Of a stretch of DNA of 64,000 bases, positions 31,801-41,358 are shown piece by piece; the stretch's first letter is position 1, and each line of letters begins with the position of its first letter. This stretch comes from Flavobacteriales bacterium (GTDB lineage: Bacteria; Bacteroidota; Bacteroidia; Flavobacteriales_F; PHOS-HE28), in the NCBI GenBank assembly GCA_016717225.1, contig JADKGB010000009.1, positions 71,178-135,177 of the forward strand, in the 5' to 3' direction. The notes beneath the pieces were generated by a model that was given only the letters and a program-made list of their open reading frames with translations, was not told where the DNA came from and did no database searches. Made by a program: the position numbers and the translations under genes.

Positions 31801-32234
31801 TCGAGCCAAAAGCCGATGCGCCGCGTCATGTCGTTCCACACATCGGTGTAGCGCATCACAGCTTTTTTGCATGCAGCGTTGTAGTCCTCGATGCTGATGG
31901 ACTTGCCGATGTCCTCCTTGGTGATGCCAAGTTCCTTCTCTACGCCCAATTCTATTGGCAACCCGTGTGTGTCCCAGCCAGCTTTGCGGTCCACACGATG
32001 GCCCTTCTGCGTTTGGTAGCGGCAGAAAATGTCCTTGATAGCCCGGGCCATCACGTGGTGTATGCCAGGGAGGCCATTGGCGCTAGGTGGGCCTTCGTAG
32101 AACACGAAGGGTGGTGCATCCTTGCGCAGATCCAGACTCTTGCCAAAGGTGTCTTCGGCATCCCAAAGAGCCAGGATCTCCGCTGCAACCTTTGGCAGGT
32201 CAAGTTCATCGTATTGTGGAAAGCTCTGGGCCAT
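28842..32234 (-). CDS. ileS: Isoleucine--tRNA ligase
   Basis: 1130 aa; PPSANGLPGIHHV (HIGH), KMSKRLGN (KMSKS), CWRTDKPI... editing and anticodon-binding domains. Confidence 0.97.
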   Translation of the reverse strand: MAQSFPQYDELDLPKVAAEILALWDAEDTFGKSLDLRKDAPPFVFYEGPPSANGLPGIHHVMARAIKDIFCRYQTQKGHRVDRKAGWDTHGLPIELGVEKELGITKEDIGKSISIEDYNAACKKAVMRYTDVWNDMTRRIGFWLDLEHPYITYETKYIESVWWLLKKLYDEQLLYKGFTIQPYSPAAGTGLSSHELNQPGTYKPVKDTSVVAMFKVTQDHASEFLFKDAFGEVFILAWTTTPWTLPSNCALTVGPKLDYVRVKSFNPYTHEPQTMVLAKSRLESYFNEKSENASFEDHKRDGKNIPWKVDGEFYGHQLEGIRYEQLFKYAQPDQGEAFKVIGGDFVTTEDGTGVVHTAPSFGADDMRVARQHGIGTLTLVDLQGRFTKEMGEFAGKYVKNEYYPAGQAPEKSVDVELSIRLKEMGRAFKVEKYEHNYPHCWRTDKPILYYPLDSWFVRVTAKKDRLIALNKTINWKPESTGAGRFGNWLENLQDWNLSRSRYWGVPLPIWRTADGDEELCIGSLKQLKEEIVRAIKAGVMSEDPLKDFDTNTPSGKDYDSVDLHKPYADNIVLFSPGGKPMKRESDLIDVWFDSGAMPYAQWGLDYKKLEANHPRPFNEPFDESYPANFIAEGVDQTRGWFYTLHAISTLLFDEVAYKAVVSNGLVLDKAGQKMSKRLGNAVDPFKTLDAFGADAVRWYMISNASPWDNLKFDSEGITEVQRKFFRALFNTYNFFALYANIDSFDASAPQVAASERTEMDRWVLSRLNSVIAACDSAFSDYEPTVAARAVQDFVVEDLSNWYVRLNRRRFWKGEVGNDKNAAFQTLHHCLEVVAMLSAPIAPFFSDRLYRDLTGNSVHLSDWPKSDVVAIDVELEQRTALAQKLTTLVLSIRKKEGHRVRQPLQKVMVPVTDNTMRTRLEGIRELLLSEVNVKELVILDASESKLTKKIKPDFKKLGARMGKLMKHVANQVVSLSQEQIAELEANGTLSLSVEGTDVELLRDDVEITADNVPGLSVASDGALTVALDITLTEPLIQEGIARELVSRIQTLRKESGFEVTDRIDLHILRNGNASFELAVQAYASHILSETLALTPQDQLLATELNGDPGIIHNLELDAELTCSLSLAKRAV

Positions 32235-32374
32235 CTCGAATTTGAAGGGCCGCGAAGATAGACGCGCTATTCAGGCTGCATGCCGCCGTGCAGTGATCGA
32301 ATGGAAAGGGACCGACGGTGTGATGAACCGGTTTGTCACATACCTTCACTTCTGAACCCTAACAACCACAGACC

Positions 32375-33313
32375 ATGAAAACACTTGTACTCCTATCACT
32401 TTTCGTTGTTCCCCTGGCGGCATCAGCCCAGGTGCTGTACAGCGACGGGTTCGAATCCTTTACTGCTGGTAGCTTCATCGCAGAATCGAACAGCACTAAT
32501 TGGGGCACTTGGAGTGCCTTGCCCGGTGGCTCCGAGGATGCACAGGTATCTGCTGCATATGCCCACGCTGGAACCAATAGCGTGGCCATTATCGCCACGA
32601 GTGCTGCCGGAGGAACCACGGATCTTTTACTGAAGTTGGGGGATAAGACCAGTGGTATTTATGCGCTCAGTTTTTGGATGTACATCCCAACGGGAAAGGG
32701 TGGTTATTTCAATATACAGCACAATGAAGACGCTGCTCCTGCGCAATACGCCATTGATGTGACATTCCCTGCTGATGGAAGCGTATTCGTAGATTCTGGG
32801 GACACTGCTACGATCGGCACCTATCCGCACGATGAATGGTTCCAAGTAGAAATTAGCGTGAATTTCAATGGAACTATCGCTGCTTTGGTGGTAGGAACCA
32901 ACACGGCGTACCTCTGGGCCTCCAATACCTCGAACAACGTAACCACGTTGAACGACAAATTGGGTTCCGTAGATTTTTATGCCTATGCCGGTGGGACGGA
33001 CCTAGGGGAGTATTACATCGATGATGTGGAGTATCTGGATCTCGGAGGGATCGGATTCGAAGAGGTCTTTTCTGCCAAGCCGAATTCCTTCCCCAACCCC
33101 ACCAATGCTCTTGTTACTGTGCAACTGGCCAATGCTCTCAGTCAGCAGGCGACCGTGGAGTTGCTCGACGTTACCGGCGCTGTGGTTACCACTCCATTGA
33201 ACATTGCCTCGAACACCTTGCGCTTTGATCTGAGCGACTTGTCTGATGGCGTTTACTTCGCTCGGATCAGCGATGCAGGTAAGCAGGTTGTTGCGAAGGT
33301 GGTGAAGAACTGA
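32375..33313 (+). CDS. Secreted hypothetical protein with T9SS type-A C-terminal sorting domain
   Basis: Signal peptide MKTLVLLSLFVVPLAASAQ; C-terminal ...VTVQLANALSQQATVELLDVTGAVV...GVYFARISDAGKQVVAKVVKN. Confidence 0.6.
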   Translation: MKTLVLLSLFVVPLAASAQVLYSDGFESFTAGSFIAESNSTNWGTWSALPGGSEDAQVSAAYAHAGTNSVAIIATSAAGGTTDLLLKLGDKTSGIYALSFWMYIPTGKGGYFNIQHNEDAAPAQYAIDVTFPADGSVFVDSGDTATIGTYPHDEWFQVEISVNFNGTIAALVVGTNTAYLWASNTSNNVTTLNDKLGSVDFYAYAGGTDLGEYYIDDVEYLDLGGIGFEEVFSAKPNSFPNPTNALVTVQLANALSQQATVELLDVTGAVVTTPLNIASNTLRFDLSDLSDGVYFARISDAGKQVVAKVVKN

Positions 33314-33328
33314 ATTGCCTGAACATCT

Positions 33329-33364
33329 GCGCAGAGGGCCCCGGAGTTTCCGGGGCCCTCTGCG
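33329..33364. terminator. Perfect 15-bp-stem palindrome (gcgcagagggccccggagtttccggggccctctgcg) between converging genes; bidirectional terminator
   Basis: Directly seen; GC-rich hairpin, no long U-tract. Confidence 0.6.
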
Positions 33365-33404
33365 TTCAGCTCGAATTTCTGTTCGGCAAAATGAAGGAAC
33401 GACC

Positions 33405-34532
33405 TCAATGCTCGGACCTCTGGCTATTGATCACCAATGGATCCAATTCTTCGGCGATCCGCTTACCGATGAATTCACACGAAGGTGCCGTATAGTGCCC
33501 CAAAGCCATTGTGCCTAACACACGAATAGAATCCATTTCCGTGCGATTCAGATCCACCACATGTGCTCCGCTGGGCAGGGCTCGAACAAGTGGTGTGTAG
33601 TACTCCGCATTATCGCTGCTCGGCAGGCAAATGAAAAGTACATGTTCATTGTTCCCGAAGTAGGTGAACAACTCATTCGCGAATTGCTGGATCCGCAATT
33701 TGCCCAACTCTGAAGGATCAGGAAGTGGTGATGTTTGGCCTTTGGCCTTCTCCCTCGTCAATTTCGATCTCTGCTCGATGTATTTCTTTTCCAACTCGCC
33801 AAGTGTGGATCCCAATTTGTGGACAAGAACACTGTGGTAGTACAGTGTGCCCAGCAGATCTTGAACTTTGGACCGGGGCCTTTGTAGCGCGTGATGGCCG
33901 AAGAACGAGAACAGATCCCTTTCGGCCTGTGGGTCTTTGAAATCGGTTGTCGGATCAGGAAGGCCGGCGAACACTGCCAGGTCTTCCTCGAAAAAAAACA
34001 CAACAGCGAGATCCGCCCTTTTTCCAGTGCCTACCTGGTCCTTGTAGATCTGGAAATTCCGTACTGGATCGAACCCGGGCCAGGCCGTGTTACGCACTCG
34101 GGTGGGGAGCTTGAGCTTGTTGCATAGCACATGATGAATGGTTTGTTCATCCTTCACGCCGTACGAAAAGGTCATCGAATAGCCACCGATCAGAACAACG
34201 TCGGTTCCACTCGCAGGGCGTTCAGCTGGCATCCGGTCACCGAATTCATCGAGGTCGAGCCGCTCCAGGAACACGCCATCCGGGAAGCGCATCCAGCCGT
34301 GATAATTCGGTGAGAACCGAAAACCGAATTTCTTGTCGGGTTGGTGAATGCTCCCTGTGAACCACAAGGATTTCTCCATGGTTGGTGAGATCACGAGGTT
34401 GAGGAACCCTTCCGCGATCAGGATGGCGAGCATTGCGATCCCAGCGAACCACAACCAGTGCCGTCTGCCTTGAGCGGATCTCTCCATGGTTTCAGAACTG
34501 AAAATAGATGAAGGGCATTGGCTTGATCCCAA
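33405..34532 (-). CDS. Periplasmic SGNH/AlgJ-like O-acyltransferase partner protein (DltD/AlgJ analog) with N-terminal TM anchor
   Basis: Immediately downstream of and overlapping the MBOAT gene; VVLIGGYSM block; the start could be the internal Met at about 34487. Confidence 0.45.
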   Translation of the reverse strand: MGSSQCPSSIFSSETMERSAQGRRHWLWFAGIAMLAILIAEGFLNLVISPTMEKSLWFTGSIHQPDKKFGFRFSPNYHGWMRFPDGVFLERLDLDEFGDRMPAERPASGTDVVLIGGYSMTFSYGVKDEQTIHHVLCNKLKLPTRVRNTAWPGFDPVRNFQIYKDQVGTGKRADLAVVFFFEEDLAVFAGLPDPTTDFKDPQAERDLFSFFGHHALQRPRSKVQDLLGTLYYHSVLVHKLGSTLGELEKKYIEQRSKLTREKAKGQTSPLPDPSELGKLRIQQFANELFTYFGNNEHVLFICLPSSDNAEYYTPLVRALPSGAHVVDLNRTEMDSIRVLGTMALGHYTAPSCEFIGKRIAEELDPLVINSQRSEH

Positions 34533-35921
34533 CCGTGAGGATCGTAACGATCAGGAACACATACAATCCAAATCTCGCCATGGGCGACCAACGGAGTACC
34601 AACAGATCATCGTTTCGCCGCTCTTGCGCTATGTGGAATGCGAACAACATGATCATCAGAACCAGAACTGGTGGCGCGAGCAGTGCGACTTCCGGTGACC
34701 ATGCGAAGTTCAAGAACATGTTTCGAACGATATCGCCCGCTTGTTGCATGCTCGTGACCCTGAACAACAGCCACCCGCCCAATGTGAGCATGTACATCCC
34801 GGCCAATCGCGCCGCTCGGTTAACCCCTGCGAAGCGCGCAGGAAGTATCCGGAAAGAAATGCCGTGATCGTTCAAATAATGGTCGATCACCAGCAAGAAA
34901 CCATGGTAGATCCCCCAGATCACGAAGTTCCACGACGCTCCGTGCCATAACCCTCCCAAGAACATGGTAACGAGCAAGTTGCCATATTTTCTTGCCTTCG
35001 TACCGTGACTTCCCCCAAGACTGATGTAGAGATAGTCGCGCAACCAACGAGAAAGGCTGATGTGCCAGCGACGCCAAAAATCCCTTGGAGAAATGGCCAG
35101 GTAGGGTCGTTCAAAATTGACCGTGAGGTCAATACCGAGCCACTTGGATATCCCTCTGGCGATGTACGTATATCCCGCGAAGTCGCCGTAGATCTGCAAG
35201 GAGAAAGCAATAAGGCCGAGCAAACTGGATATGCCGGAGATGGACCCGGGTCGAGTGAAGGTGTACTCTACCAGTGGTGCCAATGTGTCCGCGATCACAA
35301 CTTTCTTGAAGAACCCGATCAACACCCAGTAAAGGCCGATCCGCATGTGTTCAGCAGTGATAACACGCTTTCGCTGCAGTTGTGGTAGCAGGTGCCCAGG
35401 GGTTTCAATGGGGCCCGCGACCAGTTGAGGGAAATAGGACACATACGCCGAGAAGTCGAGCAGATCGGTCAGGGTTCCACCTTGCCTCGGTACACATCGA
35501 TGGTGTAGGCCATGGTTTGGAACGTGTAGAACGAAATGCCTACGGGCAGAATGATCGCCAGCGTGTGGAGGTGGACTTCGAAGCCCATCATTTCTAGAAG
35601 CCGCCCGAAATTCTCGATGCCGAAATTCAGGTACTTGAAAACCGCCAGCAAGGAGATTTGCACGGTGAGGCTGAACGTGAGCCACAACCGTTTGGATGAT
35701 CGTTCCGTCGATTTGCCGATCCGCTGTGCCACGAAAAAATCAATGAGCGCTGAGAACCAGAGCAGCGCCAGGAATCGAACGTCCCAGGCTCCGTAGAAAA
35801 TATTGGCGGCTACGAGAAGAAGGACATTCTGTGGCTTTACACTGCTTGACCTCTGAAGCAGCATGTAAAGCGCATAGAAGACCAGAAAAAAGACAATGAA
35901 CGTTGGACTTGTGAAGACCAT
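34492..35921 (-). CDS. Membrane-bound O-acyltransferase (MBOAT; AlgI/DltB family), split by an apparent frameshift near 35470-35520
   Basis: N-terminal ORF (35469-35921) MVFTSPTFIVFF...ISFYTFQTMAYTIDVYRG; continuation TDLLDFSAYVSYFPQLVAGPIE...HGASWNFVIWGIYHG (conserved His) in ORF 34492-35685. Confidence 0.8.
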
Positions 35922-36283
35922 TTACCGTTTGTCAGGTCGAAAGATGTGCTGATGCTCGGGGGGTGCAGAGGTTGATCACGCTTTCGACTGCCCACCGCGG
36001 TGGGGTCGAAAATAGATCCGCATGCTTATAGTGTTCTTCTATTGCATGTTTTCGTTCCGGCCGAATGCCTTTACCGTTCCTTGGATACCATTCGCCGTTC
36101 CTCGGTGACGGTCGTTGCTGTATGCGCATTGGGATCCTTTCTCCGTTCATCACCGCGAGCCATGCGCCACCATTGCCATAGCCCCGGTCCTGACTATTCA
36201 AGATAGATGGTAGTATTCCCCAAGGTGCCTTCTATTTGATCCGCACAACATATTCTCTTCACACGAGCGGAGCAACCTCTTTG

Positions 36284-36291
36284 CTATGTTT
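36284..36291 (+). promoter_or_regulatory. Putative -7 element TATGTTTG (TAnnTTTG) about 100 nt upstream of exbB
   Basis: Exact consensus match in the 470-bp divergent intergenic region. Confidence 0.3.
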
Positions 36292-36389
36292 GCCACCCTG
36301 CCAAAAGCAGTACACACCTTTCCGAACAGGAATTGCCCTTCATATTTGACCTCCTACACCTTCACCTTCGAAACGCAACCCCTCCGTAA

Positions 36390-37205
36390 ATGAGCACTGA
36401 AAGCAGCAACGGAAAGATGTCCAGCATGTTCGTGGCCATCGTTATTCCTATGGCATTGATCGTCAGCATCATCTTTTACATGTTCGTGCTGGGCGACTCC
36501 GGCAATTTCGAAGGAGGGGATCCCGTCAAGGGGCACCCGATAGAAGCTGAACCCGGGCATACGTTCGGTCTCATCCATAAAGGCGGATTCATCGTGCCGA
36601 TCCTGATCACTGTGAACTTGCTGGTGATCATCTTCAGCATTGAGCGCTTCCTAACCCTGAGCCGTGCGAAAGGAAAAGGACGGATTGAAGGCTTCCTTGG
36701 AAATGTGCGCCAGATGTTGGCGGGTGATCAAGTTGATCAAGCCATCGCGGAGTGCGACGCACAACAAGGCAGTGTGGCCAACGTGATGCGCAGTGGATTG
36801 GAGAAATACAAGACCGTACTGTACGACGCCAGCCACGATAAGGAAATGCGCTTGCAAGCGGTGAAGCAGGAGTTGGAAGAAGCGACTGCGTTGGAGCTCC
36901 CGATGCTGAGCAAGAATCTGGTGATCCTGTCCACATGCGCCAGTATCAGCACCCTGCTCGGACTGATCGGAACCGTGTTGGGGATGATCAAATCCTTCAG
37001 TGCGCTCGCTACAGCGGGAACACCTGACGCAACGGCGCTTTCCACTGGTATATCCGAGGCGCTGATCAATACAGCCTTCGGTATCATCGGTTCGTGCATT
37101 GCCATCATCATGTTCAATTACTTCAGCACCAAGATCGACGCCATCACCCACGGTATCGATGAGGCGGGCTTCAGTGTTAGCCAAACCCTGGCCAACCACA
37201 AGTAG
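36390..37205 (+). CDS. exbB: MotA/TolQ/ExbB proton-channel protein
   Basis: 271 aa, three TM helices, conserved ...LLGLIGTVLGMI... motif. Confidence 0.9.
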   Translation: MSTESSNGKMSSMFVAIVIPMALIVSIIFYMFVLGDSGNFEGGDPVKGHPIEAEPGHTFGLIHKGGFIVPILITVNLLVIIFSIERFLTLSRAKGKGRIEGFLGNVRQMLAGDQVDQAIAECDAQQGSVANVMRSGLEKYKTVLYDASHDKEMRLQAVKQELEEATALELPMLSKNLVILSTCASISTLLGLIGTVLGMIKSFSALATAGTPDATALSTGISEALINTAFGIIGSCIAIIMFNYFSTKIDAITHGIDEAGFSVSQTLANHK

Positions 37206-37254
37206 TTCGTTCGATCCGTATGTAACGCGCTGAATTCGAACAAGCCCCCGCGAG

Positions 37255-37890
37255 ATGCCGAAGATCAAAATGCCCAAGAGCAGTCCTTCATTGGACATGA
37301 CTCCCATGGTTGACCTCGCCTTCCTGTTGGTGACATTTTTCATGCTTACCGCGCAGTTCAGGCCAGAAGAGGCGGTGGCTGTGGATACGCCCAGCAGCAT
37401 GAGCCAAAGCCCTATTCCCACCGAGAACATGATGACCATCATCGTGGACAGCGCGGACCGGGTGTTCTGGGATTTCACCGATAAAAAAGTTCGGAAGGCC
37501 GTCATCGAGGCGATCGCGTTGAACCACAAACTCACACTTAGCCCGGAGCAGATCACGCGATTCGTGAACCTTAACGCCATTGGTGTTCCGATCAACGTAT
37601 TGCCGCAATACCTCGACCTCAATAGCCCAACCGAACGCAAGATCGTGGACAAAGCCAGCAAAGGCATTCCGATCGACAGTGTGAACAATCAGTTGCTGGA
37701 ATGGGTGCGGACAACACAGCTCATCTTCAGTAGCAATGCCCCGAAGCCCACGAACCCGCTTGTAGCGCTCAAAGGTGATGGGAATGTGAAGTACTCCACC
37801 ATGAACAAGGTGATCAAGATCTTCCAAAGTCCAACGGTGAAGATCAACCGTTTCAAGATGATCACGGACCTGGAGGAGACCCGCATGTAG
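37255..37890 (+). CDS. exbD: Biopolymer transporter ExbD/TolR (long form, 211 aa)
   Basis: LDMTPMVDLAFLLVTFFML signature. Confidence 0.85.
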   Translation: MPKIKMPKSSPSLDMTPMVDLAFLLVTFFMLTAQFRPEEAVAVDTPSSMSQSPIPTENMMTIIVDSADRVFWDFTDKKVRKAVIEAIALNHKLTLSPEQITRFVNLNAIGVPINVLPQYLDLNSPTERKIVDKASKGIPIDSVNNQLLEWVRTTQLIFSSNAPKPTNPLVALKGDGNVKYSTMNKVIKIFQSPTVKINRFKMITDLEETRM

Positions 37891-38000
37891 GAACGTATTG
37901 AACGTTCGCGTTCGGTTCGTGTACAGAAAACAGACTTCGGAAAGGAGAAAAACGCAGAACAACCAACTAAGAAGACTCCGGATCAAGCCCGGAGATCATC

Positions 38001-38621
38001 ATGGCAGACGTACCCGGAGGAGAAGGCGGTGGTGGCGGAAGGCACCAGAAGAAGCGCGCCAAGAAAGGCAACACCCGCATCGACATGACGCCGATGGTGG
38101 ACTTGGCTTTCTTGTTGCTCACCTTTTTTATTCTCACCACCACCATGTACAAGCCCAGCACACTGCAGCTCAGCTTTCCGGTGCCACCGGAGGGCCCGCC
38201 GCCACCACTGGACAAGGTGAACAACGCGCTCACGCTTTTCCTTACCAAGAAAGACGCGATCTACTATTACAAGGATGCGTTCAAGGTGGGCGAAACCCAG
38301 ATCACTGCCACGAACTTCAAGGACGTGGAGAAGTTGCTGATCGAACTGAACAAGCCTACCATCGAGAAGATCAATGAACTGAGCAAACAGCTCAACGAGA
38401 ACAAGATCACCGAAGCGGTTTATGACAGTTTGAAGAACAAGGAGCAGGGCAAGAAAGAGGCGCTTTTCGTGATCATCAAGCCGGACAAGGACGCGCGCTA
38501 TCGCAACATGATCGACATCGTTGACGAGATGGATATCACCGGCGTGGGCAAGTACGCTGTACAGGATACCATCAAGGCCGATGAGCAGGCATTGTTGGAC
38601 ATAGAGAAAGCCAAATTGTAA
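38001..38621 (+). CDS. exbD: Biopolymer transporter ExbD/TolR (second copy)
   Basis: IDMTPMVDLAFLLLTFFILTTT signature. Confidence 0.85.
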   Translation: MADVPGGEGGGGGRHQKKRAKKGNTRIDMTPMVDLAFLLLTFFILTTTMYKPSTLQLSFPVPPEGPPPPLDKVNNALTLFLTKKDAIYYYKDAFKVGETQITATNFKDVEKLLIELNKPTIEKINELSKQLNENKITEAVYDSLKNKEQGKKEALFVIIKPDKDARYRNMIDIVDEMDITGVGKYAVQDTIKADEQALLDIEKAKL

Positions 38622-38625
38622 CGCC

Positions 38626-39462
38626 ATGGGAGCCGCCATTGCCATCGTCGTGCTGCTCGGCCTGAGCATATTCCTCACTGTGGACAACAGTTGGATGAAT
38701 GTGTTGCATCAGGTGCGTAACAACATCGTTTTCGCCAATCACAACAAGGCTTATGGTGCCTTTGAACTTCGCCGTGATTACAATCGCCGCTTGGGCATGG
38801 CGTTGCTTTTTGCCGTTGGCCTGATGGTTGTCGCCATCAGCGCCCCGTTCATCGTGAACATGTTGAGCAGTGGTGAAGATGAACTGGTCGCCAAAAAGAA
38901 GATCGTAGATGTGAATCTGGAACTCTTCGAGGAGCAACCGGAAGAGCCACCTCCACCCCCGGAAGTGATCCCTCCTCCCCAACCCAAGATCGAAACTGTG
39001 CAGTTCGTGGCAGTTGAAGCCAGCGACGAGGAACAGGATGATCCGCCGCCTACTCAGAACGAATTGGACACAACTCGAGCCGGTGTGACAACGGAGGAAG
39101 GTTCCAAGGACGACATTCCACCTCCACCCCCTGTGGAAGAGGTTGTTTATGATCTTGCGTCAGTGCAAGAACAGCCCGAATTCCTCGGTGGGGAAGAGGC
39201 GCGTATAGCTTGGTTACAGAAGAATTTGAAATACCCGGATATGGAGTTCGAGGCTGGGATCTCCGGAAAGGTGTACATCGAGTTCGCAGTGGACAAGGAT
39301 GGCTCTGTTCAAGAGGCTACGGTGAAACGCGGGGTTAGTGCCGGCTTGGACAAGGAAGCTTTACGAGCAGTGAAGGCGATGCCGAAATGGACACCCGGAA
39401 AGATGGGCGGTCGTCCGGTGAAAGTGCGTTTTGTTCAACGCGTCGAGTTCAAATTGAAATAG
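38626..39462 (+). CDS. tonB: Energy transducer TonB
   Basis: N-terminal TM, Pro-rich spacer (EEPPPPPEVIPPPQPK), C-terminal TonB domain ...PEFLGGEEARIAWLQKNLKYP...GKVYIEFAVDKDGSV. Confidence 0.8.
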   Translation: MGAAIAIVVLLGLSIFLTVDNSWMNVLHQVRNNIVFANHNKAYGAFELRRDYNRRLGMALLFAVGLMVVAISAPFIVNMLSSGEDELVAKKKIVDVNLELFEEQPEEPPPPPEVIPPPQPKIETVQFVAVEASDEEQDDPPPTQNELDTTRAGVTTEEGSKDDIPPPPPVEEVVYDLASVQEQPEFLGGEEARIAWLQKNLKYPDMEFEAGISGKVYIEFAVDKDGSVQEATVKRGVSAGLDKEALRAVKAMPKWTPGKMGGRPVKVRFVQRVEFKLK

Positions 39463-39486
39463 GACCGGGCTCCATTACCCGATGTG

Positions 39487-39512
39487 AAAGGCCCCGGCAT
39501 TCCGGGGCCTTT
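39487..39512 (+). terminator. Hairpin aaaggccccggcattccggggccttt after tonB
   Basis: 8-bp GC stem, 4-nt loop, followed by TTTCG. Confidence 0.5.
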
Positions 39513-39668
39513 CGCGTTAGGGAGGTTGATCCCAGGACATTACACTGGAGCTTGTTCTCTTCTCCTGGGGGTCGATACTTCGGACCTGTATCGCCTGAGC
39601 CCTGATCGGCATCGATGATCGCAATGTGAACGCCTAGTTCCGCGTGATAGAGGCATTCACATTATCAC

Positions 39669-40169
39669 ATGGCCGAGATCATCGCTTCGAACAGGTCACG
39701 CACCTCCCATCGCTCTCCAACAGTCCGTCTGGATATGACGCCTATGGTGGACTTGGCGTTCCTCTTGCTCACTTTCTTCATCCTCACCACCACACTGCGC
39801 CGCTTGGAAGGCTTGGACCTGCTCGCACCACTGGGGAGAGCCGGCAAGGCTTCGGACAAGACCATCACGTTCCTGCTCGCTGGCCGCGATAGTATCTACG
39901 GTTATGCGGGACCGTTCGACCCCGCAACCACGCCCCCGAAGAGATTGGGTCTTGACCATGTGCGTGCGGCTTTGGGCGCTGTAAAGGACACTGCTGGCCT
40001 TACACTTCTGGTGAAGCCCTCTGCTTCTGTGCGCTATGCCAATGTTGTCGACATACTTGATGAATTCACCTTGGCAGGGCTTGCACAATACCATGTGGCA
40101 GACAGCATGACAGCAGAGGAGAGTTCCGCGATCAACCGTATTGAGCCTGACCGCCGTTCCTTGCCCTAA
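39669..40169 (+). CDS. exbD: Third ExbD/TolR homolog
   Basis: LDMTPMVDLAFLLLTFFILTTT signature, 166 aa. Confidence 0.8.
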   Translation: MAEIIASNRSRTSHRSPTVRLDMTPMVDLAFLLLTFFILTTTLRRLEGLDLLAPLGRAGKASDKTITFLLAGRDSIYGYAGPFDPATTPPKRLGLDHVRAALGAVKDTAGLTLLVKPSASVRYANVVDILDEFTLAGLAQYHVADSMTAEESSAINRIEPDRRSLP

Positions 40170-40275
40170 AGCCACCGCATTTCAGATAAGGCTGCGAAGT
40201 CGCAATGAACGCGAACTGTTCAGGGTTGTACAGGAGATAGGGACATTCAACAAATTCTGCATAAACCCAACCACC

Positions 40276-41160
40276 ATGTTCACCGCAGCCCTCCTTCTCC
40301 TGTTCACCATGCTCTGCATTCTTCTCAGTGGCGATGGCGCTTGGGACAACATGACACAGCCCAAGCGTAACGAACTGGTGTTTGAGGGGCGTCACCGTGG
40401 TTACGGTGCATTCGTTCTTCGCCGAGATTACGATCGTCGCTTCATCCTTGCTTTCGCAGGTGCGGTCGGCGTTATGGGCTTGGCTGTAACAGTTCCCAAA
40501 GCAATGGCTTTGATGGGCCTGGGCGTAAACGCCACACCCGTCAAGACTTCCTTCAAGGAGATCATCGTGATCCTCAAGGAGGACATTTTCGATGTCCCGA
40601 AAGCGGATGACGTGAAACCCAAGGCTGTAGAACCCCCAACCCCCCAGCCAAAACCAAGCCCACAACCCCAGCCAGCCGGAGGTCTTGTGGTTATTACGGA
40701 TGACACACTGGCAACCACTGAACCTGTTTTGAAAACAGATACGGCCACATTTACGCCAACCGTCAAAGGCCCAACCGGACCAGTAGGCCCGAAGTCGAAT
40801 GACACGGGTGGTGGTAAGCCAGGGATGGAGCTCGGAACCAAGGGCAACCCGGCTGCGGCTTCCGATGTGGATTCGTTGCCCGAGTTCATCGGTGGGCATC
40901 TTGCGATGCAGCAGTTCATTCAAGGGCACGTCCACTTTCCGGATATCGAAGACGGTGCCGCCCAAAAAGCGTTCGTGGAATTCGTCGTGGATACCGATGG
41001 GAGCATTACTCGCGTAAAGTCGAAAGGTCGGGCTCCCAAGGAATTCGGCATTGCGGCAGAGACCGTAGTGAAGGGCATGCCCAAGTGGAAACCCGCTGTT
41101 CGGAAAGGTGAACGTGTAGCTTGTATCCTCGTATTGCCGATCGACTTCCGCACGAAGTAG
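40276..41160 (+). CDS. tonB: Second TonB-family protein. The ORF track starts at 40141; the likely real start is the Met at 40276 (MFTAALLLLFTML).
   Basis: TM helix, Pro-rich segment (PKAVEPPTPQPKPSPQPQP), C-terminal ...LPEFIGGHLAMQQFIQGHVHFP...AFVEFVVDTDGSI. Confidence 0.75.
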   Translation: MFTAALLLLFTMLCILLSGDGAWDNMTQPKRNELVFEGRHRGYGAFVLRRDYDRRFILAFAGAVGVMGLAVTVPKAMALMGLGVNATPVKTSFKEIIVILKEDIFDVPKADDVKPKAVEPPTPQPKPSPQPQPAGGLVVITDDTLATTEPVLKTDTATFTPTVKGPTGPVGPKSNDTGGGKPGMELGTKGNPAAASDVDSLPEFIGGHLAMQQFIQGHVHFPDIEDGAAQKAFVEFVVDTDGSITRVKSKGRAPKEFGIAAETVVKGMPKWKPAVRKGERVACILVLPIDFRTK

Positions 41161-41169
41161 CTTCGCAGC

Positions 41170-41358
41170 ATGAAGTTTTTCGCTTTGGTGATGAGCGCGC
41201 TGTACGTACTTGGCGGATCAGCCCTGTTGCTTACGGATTGGCTGGAGGACATCATCCGTAGCTACCGTCTTCCCATCGGGATCATGTTGATCGGATACGG
41301 TGTGGTTCGCGCTTATCTCTGGCGCCGAAAATTCGCAGATCGACAGGAAGGCGAATGA
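41170..41358 (+). CDS. Small (62 aa) two-TM membrane protein, translationally coupled to the downstream gene
   Basis: Hydrophobic ORF; ATGA overlap with the pstS-like start. Confidence 0.35.
   Translation: MKFFALVMSALYVLGGSALLLTDWLEDIIRSYRLPIGIMLIGYGVVRAYLWRRKFADRQEGE

Noticed and set aside
41170-41358. Considered whether the 62-aa peptide plus extra TonB/ExbD represent a novel transport toxin system
   Set aside because: Gene content is fully explained by TonB-ExbBD energising machinery. The peptide is a plain hydrophobic hairpin.
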